From: a virus
Lineage: Duplodnaviria > Caudoviricetes
IMG/VR virus record: IMGVR_UViG_3300022670_000470
Span: 1-27,363 of that record
Length of the DNA stretch: 27,363 nucleotides
Strand: one strand, 5' to 3'
Positions 24,879-27,363 of the stretch are shown in pieces. Each line of letters starts with the position of its first letter. Within the stretch, counting starts at the first letter, position 1. Under the pieces are notes generated by a model, which saw only the letters and a program-made list of their open reading frames with translations, was not told the DNA's origin and ran no database searches. A program made the position numbers and the translations under genes.

Positions 24879-25656
24879 CCGCGGGTTGATACTGATCCAC
24901 GACCATCTGAGCTCCATTCCATCGAAGCGACATGAATCCGATCTTTGCCACATCGGAAGATTCCTCGAGGAATCTCTGCTGCGGCTGGATTTTATTCCAG
25001 AACAGATTCCACACTTCTTGGTCTGAAGTCATCAGATCGACGTGCTCCGCACCGAACCAGGCCGCACCGAACGCGGTTTGCACCCCGCTCAGTGTCAATG
25101 TCGGAAGCGAGTTCTGGAACCCGTTGATCCCGGCATTGTTCGTCCCGTCAGGAACGATATCGCTCCTGTCGATGCCGCCGTACGAACCGAAATTCGTCCC
25201 GTTGTCGAAAGCCGCCGACATTCCATCCAACTGGAGAGTTGAACTGTCGGTTCCCTGGCCATCCAGGTACATGTCCGTAGCCAGCAATTTCGCCATCTTT
25301 CCCGCTGCATTGACGAGTTTGCTTTCCACATAGGACATGGCTGCTTCCGGACCTCGGTTGAGAACATTGTCCGTACCGAAGAGAGTGACGTTGACGTAGT
25401 AGTATTTGACGTTGACCTCGACAGCGGTGTCGGTTTCAACATACGACGTATCAAACGTTCCACCTCGGCTAAAAGCGTCACCAGTCAGCTCGGCGTAGAT
25501 AATCGGATGACGAATCGTCCGACCACCCTCAAAACGCTCGGCGTTTCGAGTACGCAAACGAGTGAAGACTGGAGAAGCCTCGTAGACGTTGTCCACCAAC
25601 CGCGGGATGATGAATCGGTTCGTCTTCGAACTAATGTCATCAAAGGTTAGTGCCAT
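24808..25656 (-). CDS. Major capsid protein (HK97-fold), N-terminal part
   Basis: Strong AAGGAGG RBS, follows the scaffold; LVDNVYEASP, GGRTIRHPI, LATDMYLDG, LDGM, YGGIDRS, QPQQRF, GFMSLRWNGAQMVVD motifs; sequence after A259 is out of frame. Confidence 0.88.
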   Translation of the reverse strand: MALTFDDISSKTNRFIIPRLVDNVYEASPVFTRLRTRNAERFEGGRTIRHPIIYAELTGDAFSRGGTFDTSYVETDTAVEVNVKYYYVNVTLFGTDNVLNRGPEAAMSYVESKLVNAAGKMAKLLATDMYLDGQGTDSSTLQLDGMSAAFDNGTNFGSYGGIDRSDIVPDGTNNAGINGFQNSLPTLTLSGVQTAFGAAWFGAEHVDLMTSDQEVWNLFWNKIQPQQRFLEESSDVAKIGFMSLRWNGAQMVVDQYQPAVLDHHQPEVPVWVHRMEGSPEHG

Positions 25657-25714
25657 GCTTTCCTCCTTGAGTTACAACAAATAAACAACAAGTGGCTTGC
25701 TTTGGCACTTTCGA

Positions 25715-25799
25715 CTTCCCGAACAGCCTTGCACTGTGGGTTGCGGAGGTGGGTTTCGAAGCCACGACCTTCCCACTTGGCTTGCGGCGACGGGCTGCG
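25715..25799 (-). promoter_or_regulatory. Two 31-nt copies of a CGCARCCC..GCAAG..GGGAAG motif in the capsid leader
   Basis: 25769-25799 CGCAGCCC-GTCGCC-GCAAG-CCAAGT-GGGAAG and 25715-25745 CGCAACCC-ACAGT-GCAAG-GCTGTTC-GGGAAG. Confidence 0.5.
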
Positions 25800-25841
25800 A
25801 CGGCTGAGCCATGCAGACCTGTCCCTTTTTCCCTATCCCTT

Positions 25842-26756
25842 CTAGTCGGGGGCTACTTTCCCTTCTTTCCGAAGCTCGGCAGCAGCGGCCATAGCCGCTT
25901 GCTTGGTTGTCATGGCGCTACCGCCATCTGCTTCCTTGCCGAGCTGCTCTAGTCTCGTTTCAACGGGGCCTTTACCCATGCTTGCCGCCCCATCGTTGTC
26001 TAATGGAAACTGCTGCTTGGATTCGATCTTTTGCCGTTCATCCTTGCGGGCAGCTTCGATCTTTGCGTCCATTCGCTTGTCGCTCACAAAGAGATCGTAA
26101 GCGTTCTTGAACTCCTCCTGGGACCCGATCATCTTCCTTTCGGTCGCATACTTGATGAACTCATCACGGTCCAGGGCCTCTTTGAACTCTGTGTTGTGGC
26201 TTTGATTGAGATCCATCAAAAGGAACACGTTGTCGTAGATGTTACCTGCGAGCCGGTTGCCACCTTCGAGCAGCATTTTTTCGGCATCCTTTTCTGTGAA
26301 AGCCTCTCCATTGGACGCAACAGTTTTCAGTTCCTTGACTTCCGAACGAAGGGTGGTGAGTTCCTTCAGCATCTCGCCTTCTTCTCCAACATCAAAGTTT
26401 CCCGTGCGGATTTTGTCTTCAAGCTCAGTGATCTTTTCATCTCTTTCGGTCAACTTTGTTTCCAGGCCCTCTCGTGCAGAGACATTGTCCTTGACGACCT
26501 TTTCCGCATCATCTTTCCATTTGCTCCACTTTTCAGATCGGTCGTTGACTTCGGTCTCTTTCTTTGTGAGTTCTTCCTCTTTGGCCTTCAGTTCCTCCTT
26601 GCCCTCATTCATCTTCCGGTCGTAGTCGGACTGACGTAGCCAACCCGCCTGAAGTTCATCCGGGGCTTTTTCCATGGTTTTGAGGAGCTGGCTCCGATAA
26701 GCGTCACTCATCTCAGTTTTTTCGATAAATTCTTTCAGTTCCGGTCTCAAAGGCAT
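25842..26756 (-). CDS. Capsid assembly scaffold protein
   Basis: 304 aa, Glu/Lys-rich coiled coil, QSDYDRKM motif, C-terminal helix (AAMAAAAELRK), AAGGAG RBS, immediately upstream of the capsid gene. Confidence 0.8.
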   Translation of the reverse strand: MPLRPELKEFIEKTEMSDAYRSQLLKTMEKAPDELQAGWLRQSDYDRKMNEGKEELKAKEEELTKKETEVNDRSEKWSKWKDDAEKVVKDNVSAREGLETKLTERDEKITELEDKIRTGNFDVGEEGEMLKELTTLRSEVKELKTVASNGEAFTEKDAEKMLLEGGNRLAGNIYDNVFLLMDLNQSHNTEFKEALDRDEFIKYATERKMIGSQEEFKNAYDLFVSDKRMDAKIEAARKDERQKIESKQQFPLDNDGAASMGKGPVETRLEQLGKEADGGSAMTTKQAAMAAAAELRKEGKVAPD

Positions 26757-26770
26757 TGTTTCAACTCCTT

Positions 26771-26818
26771 CAGCTTCCCTGTGCTTTCCCCGAAGGGCTT
26801 GCGCACAATAGGGCTGCG
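26771..26818 (-). promoter_or_regulatory. Structured leader element abutting the scaffold RBS (third copy of the motif, cUUCGg-capped)
   Basis: CGCAGCCCT-ATT-GTGC-GCAAG-CCC-TTCG-GGG-AAA-GCAC-AGGG-AA-GCTG, then AAGGAG. Confidence 0.55.
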
Positions 26819-26841
26819 CGTTAGGGATTAAAAATATTTAA

Positions 26842-26948
26842 TCTGGAGAAGGACTGTGCTAGGATGGGTTTTCCTATTAGCCCATCCGGAGTCCTTCTCC
26901 GGATCAACTGCCCTGGGGGACCAATTCCCCCGGGGCTTTTGCGCTTTT
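26842..26948 (+). ncRNA. Candidate antisense structured small RNA
   Basis: Nested inverted repeats GGAGAAGGACT/AGTCCTTCTCC and GGATGGG/CCCATCC plus a terminator hairpin; wobble positions are G-U only on the plus strand. 5' end unknown. Confidence 0.35.
26910..26948 (+). terminator. Plus-strand intrinsic terminator
   Basis: GCCCTGGGGGA-CCAAT-TCCCCCGGGGC 11-bp stem (one G-U) followed by TTTTGCGCTTTT; no U-tract on the minus strand. Confidence 0.6.
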
Positions 26949-27363
26949 ACACGCTTACAGGAACCTTCGTTCCCATATTTACTGCTGGCATAGCACCCAA
27001 CGGCGGTTGTTGAGCTGGAGCACCACCAGCCTGATCTCTACTGACCTCTTCTCTCATAGTGGCGATAAAAAAGCGAATATCAGAGAGAAGTTCTGGAAAG
27101 TCCACCTTCGCCAGTTCCGCTTCCAGCTGAACCGCTGTCTGAATCGCACCACCTGAATCTGGCATAGCATCCATGGGTGTAGCCGGTACAGCAGTTCCCG
27201 ATTCCGACATCTTATTCGTCAGTTTCGTGATCAGATTGTCCGCTACGGGAGCAAGTCCCGGTTTCATTTGGACGAGTTTCGCGGTGAGCGAAGTAATAAG
27301 ATTCAGATTGGGTTCTCCAGGAATTTCCCCAGGAAGTCCTGGGGGTTGCTGCGCTCCTGGCGG
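26947..27363 (-). CDS. Pro/Gly-rich hypothetical head-module protein, 5'-partial
   Basis: Frame is open from the window edge (PPGAQQPPGLPGEIPGEPNLNLITSLTAKLVQ-MKPGL...), so it extends beyond the 106-aa ORF call; lies upstream of the scaffold. Confidence 0.7.
   Translation of the reverse strand, partial: PPGAQQPPGLPGEIPGEPNLNLITSLTAKLVQMKPGLAPVADNLITKLTNKMSESGTAVPATPMDAMPDSGGAIQTAVQLEAELAKVDFPELLSDIRFFIATMREEVSRDQAGGAPAQQPPLGAMPAVNMGTKVPVSV

Larger units (their letters stand above)
1..27363 (-). mobile_element. Tailed phage/prophage structural module (podovirus-like head, adaptor, fibre, nozzle and ejection genes)
   Basis: Co-oriented dense minus-strand genes in the order scaffold, capsid, adaptors, fibres, nozzle, GNAT, Gly/Ala-rich ejection-like proteins; no housekeeping genes. 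No integrase or att site in the window, so phage versus prophage is unresolved. Confidence 0.93.

Noticed and set aside
6050-24885. Canonical programmed ribosomal frameshifts at the capsid and nozzle junctions
   Set aside because: No X-XXY-YYZ slippery site at either junction, and internal repeats indicate missing residues that a frameshift could not restore.
25715-25799. CRISPR mini-array or sigma54 promoter reading of the repeated motif
   Set aside because: Copies are too degenerate and too few for CRISPR, no cas genes are present, and the TTGC boxes checked lack a correctly spaced TGGC element.
25738-25818. Functional tRNA gene
   Set aside because: No acceptor stem pairing, non-canonical D-stem and anticodon loop, no CCA; kept only as a possible relic.

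Overview
A 27.4-kb virion morphogenesis module of a tailed dsDNA phage or prophage with podovirus-like architecture (no tape measure, tail tube or sheath gene seen). Essentially all real genes are on the minus strand, tightly packed with Shine-Dalgarno sites and stop/start overlaps. In transcription order (right to left): a partial Pro/Gly-rich protein, capsid scaffold, major capsid protein, two capsid-accessory proteins, three head-tail adaptor-like genes, a small ParB-like protein, two very large repeat-built tail fibre paralogues (1872 and 1503 aa), three small proteins, a large tail nozzle/stabilisation protein, a cluster of duplicated small tail-tip proteins, a GNAT-fold protein and the start of a putative ejection-protein cassette. 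Standout observations: (1) a repeated CGCARCCC..GCAAG..GGGAAG stem-loop motif in the leaders of the scaffold and capsid genes; (2) a plus-strand (antisense) structured RNA candidate with its own terminator upstream of the scaffold gene; (3) frameshifts in both the capsid and nozzle genes that look like short deletions; (4) pervasive gene and domain duplication. All product calls rest on motif recognition and synteny; no searches were run.
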